64,000 nt of DNA from Convolutriloba macropyga. Lineage: Eukaryota. Where the stretch lies: the NCBI RefSeq assembly GCF_964194025.1, contig NC_134481.1, positions 11,656,001 through 11,720,000 on the forward strand. The letters are read 5' to 3'. Shown piece after piece: positions 1-12,700 of the stretch (positions are counted from its first letter, which is position 1; the number at the start of each line of letters is the position of its first letter). Both the position numbers and the translations under genes were made by a program. The notes under the pieces were generated by a model. The model worked only from the letters and a program-made list of their open reading frames with translations, did no database searches and had not been told where the DNA came from.

Positions 1-374
1 TGAGCTATTCTTAGAAGCAACACGCCTAAACATGTAGCAAAAACAATTGAACACAAATAATCATTTTCTTTCAATTCTTGCATACTGTTTGGTTGCTCAC
101 AAAATCCAAATCTTTTCTCTACAACAAACTGAAAATTGTTTGCAAACTCTTTTCACAGTCTTTTCTCATTTCTTTTTGTCTTTCTCCACTATTGATAACA
201 ATCTAATTATTCTCGAAACAAGATTGATACAAATTTCCTAAGTCTTAGAACAAATTGTTTTATCTTTTGATTATATAGAAAAGCTGACCAAAAGTTTTCA
301 CGACCTGACAAATTACCACAACAAATCATTAATTGCAGCATTGTCTTCAAAGCAATTATTCTGAAAGAACAGCA

Positions 375-944
375 ATGTCTCCGGTGGCAATTATTCTGAA
401 AGAGGAGGCCAATCCCGATTTGAGAACAATAGCATATGAAATTTACAAAAAAGAGAAAGTCGTTATTGTTAAACAAGAGTTGCGGGACAACGAGTGGATT
501 ACAATTAACCACATGGCGCTACCAATTGTAATTTTCGACTACATCCAATCATTCAGATTTGAAAAGGCGCTGATGAAAGGAGCACAGTACACGATCGATC
601 ATGTTACCGGCTACATAAGAGAATTTGTTTTCAATCCAGAGACGATTGATGAAAATGTTAGGAAAATTCTTTACGACTATGATATCAAAGAGATTCCTCT
701 ATACGAAAATCAGGAGGGCTATTGGAGGGACCTGGAAATTATTGATAGTTTCTGGCGGATTCCAAAAAGCCACGAAAGCCCAGACATTACAAGTCGGTCA
801 AATTCTCCTCTACCAGACTGAACGCCAACTCCCTCAACTCCCAAGGTAGTGGAAGTTTCCATAATTGCCAGCAGCAGTCTCGAGACGCCACCAGTGAGCC
901 TTTGCTTTGCTCCAAAGAAACGAAAGCTGGATATCAACTTCTAA
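375..944 (+). pseudogene. Orphan intronless ORF (189 codons) interrupted by one TGA at 819-821; S/T-P-rich tail ending in PKKRKLDINF; possibly virus- or Polinton-derived
   Basis: ATG at 375; the frame continues past TGA 819-821 for 40 more sense codons (TPTPSTPKVVEVSIIASSSLETPPVSLCFAPKKRKLDINF) to TAA 942-944. No family recognised; origin is inference. Confidence 0.5.
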
Positions 945-1230
945 CACTCATTTAAAGATATTGCTTCTTTTGTTTCTGAGACCTTCTAGTGTGAAGTCTA
1001 TTTTGTTAGTATTGTTTGTTCCGTGTTATATAGCTTAATACTTCTTTCCATTTTTTGTCTCTACGCACAATGTTCCACTTGAAATTGAACTTTTGCTTCC
1101 ACTCCACTTTTATCTCATACACAGTAAACAGTATACACATTCTATTGAACATGCGATATCGTGATAAACATCAAAGTAATCTTGAGACGACGACATACTA
1201 CTCTCTTGTTAAATACAAACTCAAACTTGT

Positions 1231-1487
1231 GACCACACCGTGTCTTTGATAATAAAACAATACGTGTTCAAACATGTGCAAGACGATAATAAAGGCTAAA
1301 CTCGACTGACCAATCAGAGAAGTGGAGACGACCACACTGAATTGCTTATGGTATTAAAAGAGACCACACCTTGTCTTTGATAATAAAACAATACGTGTTC
1401 AAACATGTGCAAGACAGTAATAAAGACAAGACTAAACCCGACTGACCAATCAGAGAAGTTGAGACGACCACACTGAATTGCTTATGG
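1231..1487. repeat. Two direct copies of a ~131-bp unit, each containing CCAATCAG
   Basis: gaccacacc..tgtctttgataataaaacaatacgtgttcaaacatgtgcaagac...gactgaccaatcagagaagt.gagacgaccacactgaattgcttatgg starts at 1231 and again at 1362. Confidence 0.9.
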
Positions 1488-2679
1488 AAATGAAAGACAT
1501 ATGTTGGCACATGTAGTAGACATAATAATTCCTAAAACTCGGCCAAACAATCAGAAAAGACTAGACCAAAACTTGCAAAACAAACAAAAATCAAAAACAT
1601 ATTTTGTCATATGCACCAGTCTAAAATTAATCTTCAGTCAGCTTTCAACCAATCACAGGTCGGAAAAAACAAGTGCAGATTAGATAAAAATTGATAAACA
1701 CTGTAGACATACAGCTTTAGTTAAGTTATTGTTAGTGCTATGAAGATTTTTGGTGAACAAAAACAGAACAGGAAAACTGTTTATTAATGTAAAGAAAAAA
1801 TTAGAATATCATTCACAAAAAAATAGAAGTTAGTTTTCTTAAGTACTTAAGGGAAATAGACTGCTCATTCTATCATTTTGCCTAAGTTACGCAGTAAGGT
1901 TCAGTCGGACATCAGTTTTTCCCGTTAAAATTTTGTCATTTTTATAGTTTTCCCCAAGTTTTACACTATATTACGTGATCACATTTGCATTGTCCCTCAA
2001 ACACCTTGTTTTACACAATTTACTGGTCTGCACTTGTTGTCATTTACAATGCAAAACAGTTTGTGCATAATGGAATTGCTTTGTGAGGAAGTATTTTGCA
2101 TAAAATTGTTCAAAAACAACAATTTTTACTCTAAAAATACACTATTTTTTTCTCGATTTTTAACTCTCCCGTCATACAATTGTGGTATATGAATTGCTTT
2201 ACCGCACATTTTCAAACACTTTTCAGTACTTTTTTGGAACATTTCATAAAGTTTCGAGCATTTATTTTTTCCATTTCATACGTATATTTCTTCTCATTTT
2301 CTGCAAAAATGCATTCTTTTCACCTTGGACGCTGCAAATATCTTATCAGACACAATAATTCTCAATTTGGAGCCCTGGCACTTAAATTTTATTGGTTTTC
2401 TAATCTGCCCACACTCCCTAATCTGGGATAACATATGGGCAATAAAACTATCAAATTAAAACCAGATGATGGATCAAAACCAGATGTTGGATCAAAACCA
2501 CCAAAATTTGACTCCATTTTCGTTTAAATGTAGTTATTTTACATAAAACTTATCAAGAGATTGAAATAATGAAAAGGTTAGTAAATTTTCTCTCTTTTGA
2601 AAACCCATGAATAGTCTTTTGACTAAAAAAGGGTTTAAGAATTTTTAAATTTTAAAACCAACTTAAGGGACCCCCAAAA

Positions 2680-3036
2680 ACTGCAAAATTTTCACAAGTT
2701 TTTCAATAATTCCAGAAAACTGTGAAATTTTAACAAGTTTTTATTCCCCGCACAAAATAGCTGGAAATATCGTAAGTTTTTGCCCACCAAACAAATTCGG
2801 CAAAAATTTCAAAAGTTTTTCTCACCGCACAAAATTGACAAAAATTTTACAAGTTTTTGTCCCCCACAAATGTGAGAAAATTTTGTCCCCGGCACAAATC
2901 GAGAAAATTTTTACAGGTTTTTGTCCCCCAGCAAAACTGAGAGACAAAATTTTTCGACTCAAAACTGTACCGCACGATTTGTCACGGGTGGGGACGTCCC
3001 CCCGTGACAATACGTGCATTTTAGTATACTACTGAT
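2680..3036. mobile_element. Degenerate ~40-bp subrepeat array ending in a GC-rich hairpin; Helitron/Helentron-like non-autonomous element end
   Basis: Repeated aaaatttt.caagtttttgtcccc.cacaaa units, then a hairpin at 2972-3017 followed by tttagtatactactgat. Class assignment is inference. Confidence 0.4.
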
Positions 3037-5676
3037 TTGTTTGATTTGTATGATATCTAAGTAGTCATACAAAGGTCATGTATGGTTTTCTGGAAACCAT
3101 ACACGAATCATGCAAAATTTTTGACAGCCCCAAAACTTTATATTCTTCATTTTCAGAGTGCATTCATATTGAATATATTGAATATATAACTATATAATCA
3201 GATAGAGATTTTGTTGCTTCTTTCACATAAACAGGCACTTATAGGTATCAACTGGCTTCAGCAAATATCAGATCTTTAGTCATATATGTATAAACCTATG
3301 TTTCATTTAGTACCAATCTTTGCGCTTCAGGTTCTTTGATAGTGATGCAGGGGAGTCACATAAGTGATCTCAGTCGATAAAAACTTAAAATATAAGTGGA
3401 AGGAATTGAAGGATGTACAGGGTATAATTATAGCTCTGAATGAGTAATGATACATAGACTTTTCTATGAGACTTGCCCAGTACTGATATCGACTTGGTGC
3501 TAAATACGGGGTAGGATTATTGGTAATCATAATAGGATCTTATATGATTTGTTGGTAATCATACAAGGATAATATACGATTTCTTGGTAATCATATAAGG
3601 ATCATATATGATTTCTTAGATTTCATACCAGGATCGTACTAAGAAATCAAGTAGGCACATTTTGTAATGTATGATCCTTACATGATATCAAACAAGTTTC
3701 AACCCAGTCAGGTGAAAATATTGTTCAAGAATAGGAAGTTTCAGTTTCAGTTTTGAAACCCATCTTAACGCAGTTGTGTTATAGAAGGGCTTTTCAACAG
3801 TTCAATGTGATGACAAGACATGGTCTTAAAAGGCGCTGCTGGGCCGTTCCATCTCCATTTATATTTTATTATACATGATGGTGGTTTTGTACTTTCACGT
3901 AAAATAATAGATAATTCAATGATCCCACTATTGGCAGTATTAAAAAACTGGATTACAAGTTCCAATGACTCAACCAACTGGTTTAAACTTGTCACCGATA
4001 CAATAATTGACCTTTGGCTACTGTTCTCTCACAACAAAATTTGAAACTTTGGCAATTTTTTTCAAAAATCTGCTTTTGAATACGAAACAGAAAACAGTTT
4101 CGTATCTCTGTTAATATTAAAAGTTTTGCATCATTTAAAAAATTCATTTAAAACTTCATCAACTGGAAAAATTTTTTGCGTACGTTATACAAAGTGTAAG
4201 TTTTTTCGCAAAATCTTTTACCACTGCTGAGCAGCGGCAATTCGTATGTTTAGATCAGTTGTAATAGACCACTTGTCATCTTTTTGTCAGTGCCTATGCC
4301 GCGATGAATTTTTTACATCATGAATTTGGAATTAAACTATAGAATTTGAATGTATGCTAGGCTCCCATTGTCAACAGACAATGCAAAAACAGTTTTTATC
4401 TTTTTAAAACTTAGAAAACTACTGTTAACACTAAAAAAGACATTTTAGATTACCAAAAATTAAGTAAATCTTAATTTTGGATGTTTTTGTTATTCGTGCT
4501 AGCCACTTGCATATATCTGATGATGCTGATAGCAGATACCTTGACTTGAAACATTTATAAGTTTGTCTCTCGCAATTTTTTATTCAAATTTTCTGCACTA
4601 TGCGATGTTAACGCATATTATTTTGCAAAAAATAGATTTTTTTCCCACGTAATTTACCCTTAAAGTTACTATAAATGATCCATGTAAAATTATTTTAATT
4701 TCACTTTGTGCAGGTTAATTGCAGGCAACTTTTGTAGGAGGACAACACGAAATAGTTAACTTACTTGCAATTGGGCAGATAGTGTGCAGGTAGCGCGCGG
4801 AAACGCTAACTACGAGCACAATTCAGGTCACTTCAGCTGATTTTTAATTATATTTTTAATTGGACCATCTTTTACAAATAAATGTCGGGTTGGGGTTGCC
4901 TTGTAAAAAATTCCAGCTGTGTCTCTGCACAGTCATGAAAATTTTTAGCTTCATTATCAACTAAATAGAGAGAATTAAAAATACGCAGCAATATTCTGCT
5001 GAGAGAATGCATTACGTTGACGTTCGTTCGTGCAATTGTTTATAGAAATGAAGCGCACCAAAGACTGTATTCTGGGAGCCCAGCAAAACAAGAGACACAA
5101 AAACATCGAGACAGAGGCCCTCTTATGAAAGAACGTCAATAAAATGTGTACTCGCAGCAGAAACTTGATGCGTGCCTTAAATGGCAGATTAAATTTCAAA
5201 AAGTTTTTTCCGTGAGTTCTTGGACTCAATGAGTTTTTTCTTCTTTATAATTCTGTAGATAATTTTTTCAAACAATACCGACCCAAAATTCTGTATATTT
5301 TTATACCTTTAACGTTAGATGGAAAACTGAGTGTAAAGATCGGGGTTTTTGTTACTGATTCCAATTACAAAGTAAGAAAAAAAGTGAGAAATAGTAAGGA
5401 AAAGTTTTGAAATTCGGTAACATTTTTAATTCAAATAAAGAATTCTTCTTGATAACAGAAGCTGAAGCTGTGACGGTATCAGAAAACAAGTAAAAGTAAT
5501 CTTTGAGCAGAAGTTAGCCTTTATTCTTTTCTAAATTGCTAATTCCTTTCTTAATTGGTGAAAATGGGATAAAACTTTAAAGAGTTTTTTTCCCCAAACT
5601 TTTATGAAAAATATTTCTTAAATATATTTTTTTCTATTTTACTATTTTAAATCAATGATGTGTTTGTGTGTTTTAG

Positions 5677-5791
5677 CAGCAGTATCCAGAGTACAGGTCA
5701 AATTGGATGCCACCTCCTCCACCCCCTCCGCCTCCTCCTTTTGCATCTAGATACTACATGCCACCAATAGCCCCACCAGCACAAAGGCCAG
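5677..5791 (+). CDS. Proline-rich internal exon (QQYPEYRSNWMPPPPPPPPPPFASRYYMPPIAPPAQRP), probable upstream exon of the DUF4587 gene
   Basis: Acceptor tgtgtgttttag at 5676, donor G|GTCAGT at 5792; ends in phase 1, matching exon 23036 (G+AC=Asp). Confidence 0.65.
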
Positions 5792-7657
5792 GTCAGTCAT
5801 TACCAAGTCGGGAAAAAAATTGATAACCTTGATCAAAATATGCCCAGCCATTATTGAAATCCAAAAAAAGACTTTTTGAAATGAATTAGCTGAAATTTCC
5901 ACGTTTTACAACCCTAATCTTGCATCTCTGACAGTCGAATTTTGGATATTTGATACGGGTACCAAAACACTATAAATATATAAAATTCTGTTATGTTACA
6001 TGGCAAGAGAAAACTGCAGTTTTATCATACTCTTGATTTATTTTTCTCGTAACAATTTTGTTCTTTACTAGAAAACCCACTCAATTGATTTTTACTACTT
6101 ATCCACATGGTTTTTGTGTTATATCTCTCATCTGTCAAACGAAAAAGACAATTAAATGGAAGTGCTTTCAATGCATTAATTGAGTCTTTCCGATGAATAG
6201 GCAGTCAGCGTAATTTAAAATCTCACTTAAGTCAACTATTCACAATATCGTCAGGTGAAACTTTGATTAAGCATGATCAAACTATCAAATTAGTTGTTTT
6301 TTTTTAGTTTCTGAGAACTCTTAAGCAGTTTTATTTTGTCAAAAGTCAAAAGTTTGATGAATTTTCACATTTTTTTGTCAGCCCCAGTGATAAGCATTTG
6401 CACCTCGCTTTTTGGTAAAGAATACTCCGTTTTCATTTTTCGTATCATCCCGAGTAAAATTAGCGTTGCCTGTCACTTGAATATTTGGCCACCAAACCAA
6501 TGCTGATGGCTGTCCTCTCGTGAGAGAATTCAGTTTAAGTCGTCGCATGAAAAATGTTCGCATGTCAGAATGAAATTGGTTGTCGAATTTTGCGTAACCG
6601 GGGGAAATTTTCTGGTGATTTTGTGCACAGATTGCTATTTTGCTGTTTATTGTGAAAGAAATTATTAGAATAATTGATATGTGCAAGAAAATTGAACAAA
6701 ATAACTGGAAATATTTTAGATTCATTTTGGTAACAACCCTGTTTGAATATTTTGGAATCGTCTTTTTTGTTTGAGGCAGTTATCGATTGAATAAAAGGTT
6801 GAACAATTGATTGAACAAAAGTGAAATAATATATTTTTTAATTTGTTAATAATTGGTAGCAGCAGGTTAGAACCAAGAAATAATAAATTTTTGAATTATA
6901 CAATCTAGATGTAAAGATGTTGTAACAATGCTTCAAATCTATCTGATTTATTTCGTAGTCAACTTTGTTTATTCAACAAAAAAGACGAATTGATGGATAA
7001 GATAAAACTTTACCTCTAATTAAAATGTTGCTTTTTGATTAGAAAAGTAAAATCAATCACGTACGGAAGTGAAATTTTTTCTTTCCTGAAAATATCTATA
7101 AAAAGTTTAATCAGAGGTATGCTTCCTGTTTTTGAGAATAATTTACCCTCTGTAATATCCGGCAGTATGAAATGATTTCACTGAGGATTAGTCAGGATTT
7201 TCAGTCGATAAAGTATCTGCTGTTTAATTAATCGAGACCAAAAAGTATGGAGCATAATTTACAAAAAGGCAATATTTCAAGCTACGCACGAAATGCTTGT
7301 TCAGTTTTTTGATTGAAACACTCTATACTTATTTCCTAACTCTTATGTTAGTTGCAAACTATTTTGGTTGACATTTAACCAGTAAAGTCTGGATGTACTT
7401 TAGGGTCAAATTAACGGGTTTACATATTAAACTGAATGTTAATTGAGATATTTTCGAAGGGGAAGAAGTGTGAACTTGTCAGTATTGGATATCAATTCAT
7501 ATCTATATATGTTCTGTTCGACGTGGAAAACTCCCTTTCTTTTTGGATCAAGGCTTTCATCAACTTTTGTACCAAAATCATTGAATCAACTGCCAAAATT
7601 TGAACAGATTATCAATAGTTTAGTTTTAACTTATTTGTCTTTGACAAATTTCTCGTA

Positions 7658-7965
7658 GTAAACAACAATAAGATTGATCAATGTGTTGATGCGAATCTTA
7701 GCTGCATGGTACAAATTTCCAAAAAATTTGTTTACTTGTAAACAAAATTTGCTCGTTTTGCACAAAACGATGCCTGAAAAGGTGAATGAATATCATAAAG
7801 GCAAACAAATAGTCAAATTTGAAGAATTGGTGTAATTCTTACCATAAAAGGAAAGACAATAGACTCCTTATTCACAGAACTTCAGCTGGTTTCTCATTAT
7901 ACGAGTTGTTTACAATTTGATGTAAACAATAACAACAAATCTGAAACAGATTATAATCATAAAAG
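7658..7965 (+). promoter_or_regulatory. Actin proximal promoter: CArG box, E-box, five forkhead-type sites, TATA-like element
   Basis: CCATAAAAGG at 7842-7851 fits CC(A/T)6GG; CAGCTG at 7883-7888; GTAAACA/TGTTTAC at 7658, 7729, 7738, 7907, 7922; CATAAAAG at 7958-7965. Confidence 0.6.
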
Positions 7966-8071
7966 CACTTGCGAGTTTTGCAAACGGTTGACAATTCAAT
8001 TCTCGATCGATTTCAGATTTTTAAAATTCGTTCTTTGTAACTTTGAAATAGTTGATCAAATTCAAATCTAA

Positions 8072-9208
<1,137 letters not shown>

Positions 9209-9488
9209 TTGGTCAATTATTGGCCAATCAAAACAAAACTGAATTACACCAACCAAGTATCTGTAAATTAGCATTTTTAATGTTGATTGTTGAATTTTAA
9301 GTTATTGCCTTAATTTAATTAAAGTTATTGAAGTTTAGTCTTGTATTATATTTCTTCAAAATGAGATTGAACAAGAAGGCAGGGTAGTTGATTAAAAGAT
9401 GGAACAATTTATACAAAAGCAGCTACCGGCGTCGAACTAAACTTAGTTTGAATAAAAATTGACCCAATTAATTACGAGCCAATTAGAA

Positions 9489-9784
9489 GGTGTTCATTTG
9501 AGTTTGACTTTGCGGCGGGACATTACAAGTGTCTACGGGTACCCAGTATTTGAGTAAATTTCCTCGCTTTTGAAGATGGATTCCACTTTGTATATTAAAA
9601 CATTGTAGAAGTTTTACTTACTTACACTTAATGAATAAGTAAATTCCACTGTTACAATGTAAAGATACAAAAGTGGAATCCAGCTTCAAATGTATGGATT
9701 CCACTTTACTCAAATTTACTCAAATTCTGGGTACCGGCAGACACTCGCAATCTCCCGCGACAAAGTCAAACTCGAGTGAATACC
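9489..9784. mobile_element. MITE (~296 bp) with ~73-bp imperfect terminal inverted repeats
   Basis: 9489-9561 (ggtgttcatttgagtttgactttgcggcgggac...acccagtatttgagtaaattt) is the approximate reverse complement of 9712-9784; internal repeated atggattccact motifs in both orientations. Confidence 0.75.
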
Positions 9785-12700
9785 AAGTGAATGGAATTTT
9801 GATATACACCATGCTAAGAAGCATTTTAAAACATAATAAATCTTTGCTAAGATCTCGAATTGGCGCTTGATATGAAACCATTGAGATATTATATACGAAC
9901 TGCAACCATAACATGGCACGATTTACCAAGTTGTGAAAAGTAAAAAGCATCTTTAAAGAAGATATAGCACGAATTCATAAGATTATTTGTAGTCTTCTCT
10001 ATTCATTTTCCTATCGAAAAACTTACAGTCCTTCTAATAGAAAAATGGATACGAAAGTCTAAATGACGTCAAGAGTACAATATGCAAGTTTTTACACTGG
10101 GCGTTTTCAACAACGATATAATGTAAAATTGGCTCATAGGAGTGTATTTTGAGAGTTAAAAATGCTAAAAATCTAAAAATAGCTAAAAGAAAGCAAGTTT
10201 TATAAGGAAAATTATCGCTTCTTTAAATGTCTCAGGTAAATTAATTAGTAGAAAAATGGTTTGATTCTTATATCTGCCGCGAAAACCATTTTTTGGCTTT
10301 CAATTTTGATTGCTGAACAAAATGAGCATATTGCCCACAAAAAAGCTCACAATCCAGAAAATTATGAGAATCTATTGATGAAATGGTAGAATGATAGTTA
10401 AGAGTTTCATTGGAAATATTAGTAAATGCTTGCCTGCTTTATAACGAAAATTTACTGCGTTTTAAAATGGTTTCCATGGTTGGCTTTTGATGAGTCTTGA
10501 ACAAAGACAAGAAAAAATATAAACCTAAACAATTTTTAAAGATTTGAAACGTCAGCAAATTTGTATTGATCGAAACATTTTTTATAAGCAAGAAAACATT
10601 TTTTTAATCATGGAAAAATTGCTAAACTAATTGACCTGAGCTATTGAATTTCAACATGAGAATTTTGTGAAGTAATACTCTTGTACTCTCACACAGAAAA
10701 TAAAGATTTAGCTTCACGTTAAGCGGGGTAAGAAACCGATCTGAGCCTTTAAACTGAGACAAGAAAAACCGTGTGGAACAGACACAATTTATGGATTAGC
10801 ATTAAGAATGCCCTTCTGAACGTTATGAAATAATGGCCCCTTTTGATAAAAATTACGCTTTTTGATGAATGCAGAAAAATATCTATAGATATCAAGTAAA
10901 GTCTAAATGTAGTATGTTGACTAAATTTATCATCTTGACAATTTGTTAAAACTGTCCCACCACTGTTGGTGTAGCTGAAAAAAAATCTATTCGAAATAGA
11001 AGAGAGAATATTTTTTGAAGGAAATTGAAACCCTGATATCTCTCAAAACCTGCATTTTGTTGCTTTTCGGAAAGCAGTTGCTTTTGTTCTGCCTTTTTTG
11101 ATAATTCCTCTTATAAAAAAATAAAAGATTTTTGTAAAAAGTTGCCTATCTTAAAACAAGTAATTATCAGACTAAAAAAATAAGTTCAAAAAGTGAATTA
11201 ATTGTGCGTTTGTTAGCTGGTTTGTTACCTTTTCAATGCATGTCTAAAATTTTAGGCAACAAGATCAGCAAAATGCCAAAAGGGGTTTTAATTAAAAACT
11301 AAAAAATAGAAAGTCTAGAACGCATGAAGCTATTAGCCTTTTCTGGTTGAGAAGAAAAATGAACTTTTAGGTTAATTAAATTTTCAGAGGTATTGCACAT
11401 TTGGAGAACGTTAAAAACCTTATTGATTATAAAAGATTAACTGTAGTAGTAAAGTTCTCAAAAATTGGGTATCAATAGGTCATTTTGTGTGTTTGTTTCA
11501 TATGAAATAATGGAAATATTTTGTCCTATATAAAAAATCAGAAAATTTAAACAAAGATAACTTGGTAACCAGATTTTAGCGCTATTTTAGGTGTCTCTAT
11601 GAAAAGTTTTGCTTAAATTGCATGTTTACTTTCTTTTTTATTTATTCGAACAACTTTAAATGTAACCAATTGTACAAAAAGGCTTCGTTAGTTTTTCTGG
11701 ACTTTTGTTCTAGTTTGGTCAAAATTAAGAGATTTTGAATAATTTTGTGTCCAACATCCTTTTCCTCCTCAAAACCTGTTTACGAGCTGCTTTTATTTAT
11801 TCAACGTGTAGCAGCAGTTTTTTTTTGCTTCATAAAAACGTTGCTAAGCGAGCCAATTTCACTAGTTCTCATGCACGTTTTTTGAACTTTAATCATTCTT
11901 CTTGGTTTTTCGTCTCGATTGAGTCTTCCATTCTCTTTTTTATTTTTTGTCAGCTTCAGCGTTTTTGTTTCAATTTTCTCCTCTGAACAAGGAAAGTTGA
12001 AATAAATTCAGAATGAAATCTTGCAAACAATTTACATGCTAAAATACAGTGATTAGCGAATGTTTCCTTGCATTTGATTGAAATTGTTTTTCCAACACAA
12101 GGGAGCTCAAAATTCTCAAAATTGCGCTATATTTAATTTTTGGTGAGAACAGCCAAATTATTGCCAAAAATGAAGAATTGATTTTTTCCCTACCTGTAGT
12201 AACAATTTCTGAAATAGAAATGAAATTTTTCCCTTTTGAGCTTCGTTAGCTTTCACAGTTGCTTCAGAAAGACACAAGAGTTTTAATTGCCGAGGTTGTT
12301 TAATGCAAGATTGTATGAGATATTTTTATTTAAATTTTTAGAGAATGTTTAAGAGAAAATCTAGAGTTTCTCCTGTTTATGGAATTTACCAATTTGCATA
12401 AGAAAATGAGTATTGTAGAGAAAATGTAGAGAAAAAATTTCCTGTTTGCTTGGTCATTGGTGCTTTTAATATATTCATCAAAATTTTTCAGGTTGCAAGG
12501 GATATTTGTTTCTGGTTCCAAGAGAAAATTATCACCAGATGCTTGTTTCCAACTAAACTGCTCTATCAAATGTTCATCTGAAAACAAATTGACTGCTCCT
12601 TAGGAAAGTGAAAAAGAACCTCTGTGAGTCGAAAATGGTTTCAACTACATGGTTTTGAGCAAAATTACTCGGGTATTTTTCCGGAAAAGTGTTTGGCGAA

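Noticed and set aside
5047-5145. Possible extra upstream exon of the DUF4587 gene
   Set aside because: An acceptor-like site exists, but the frames I read stop within about 30 codons and there is no convincing donor.
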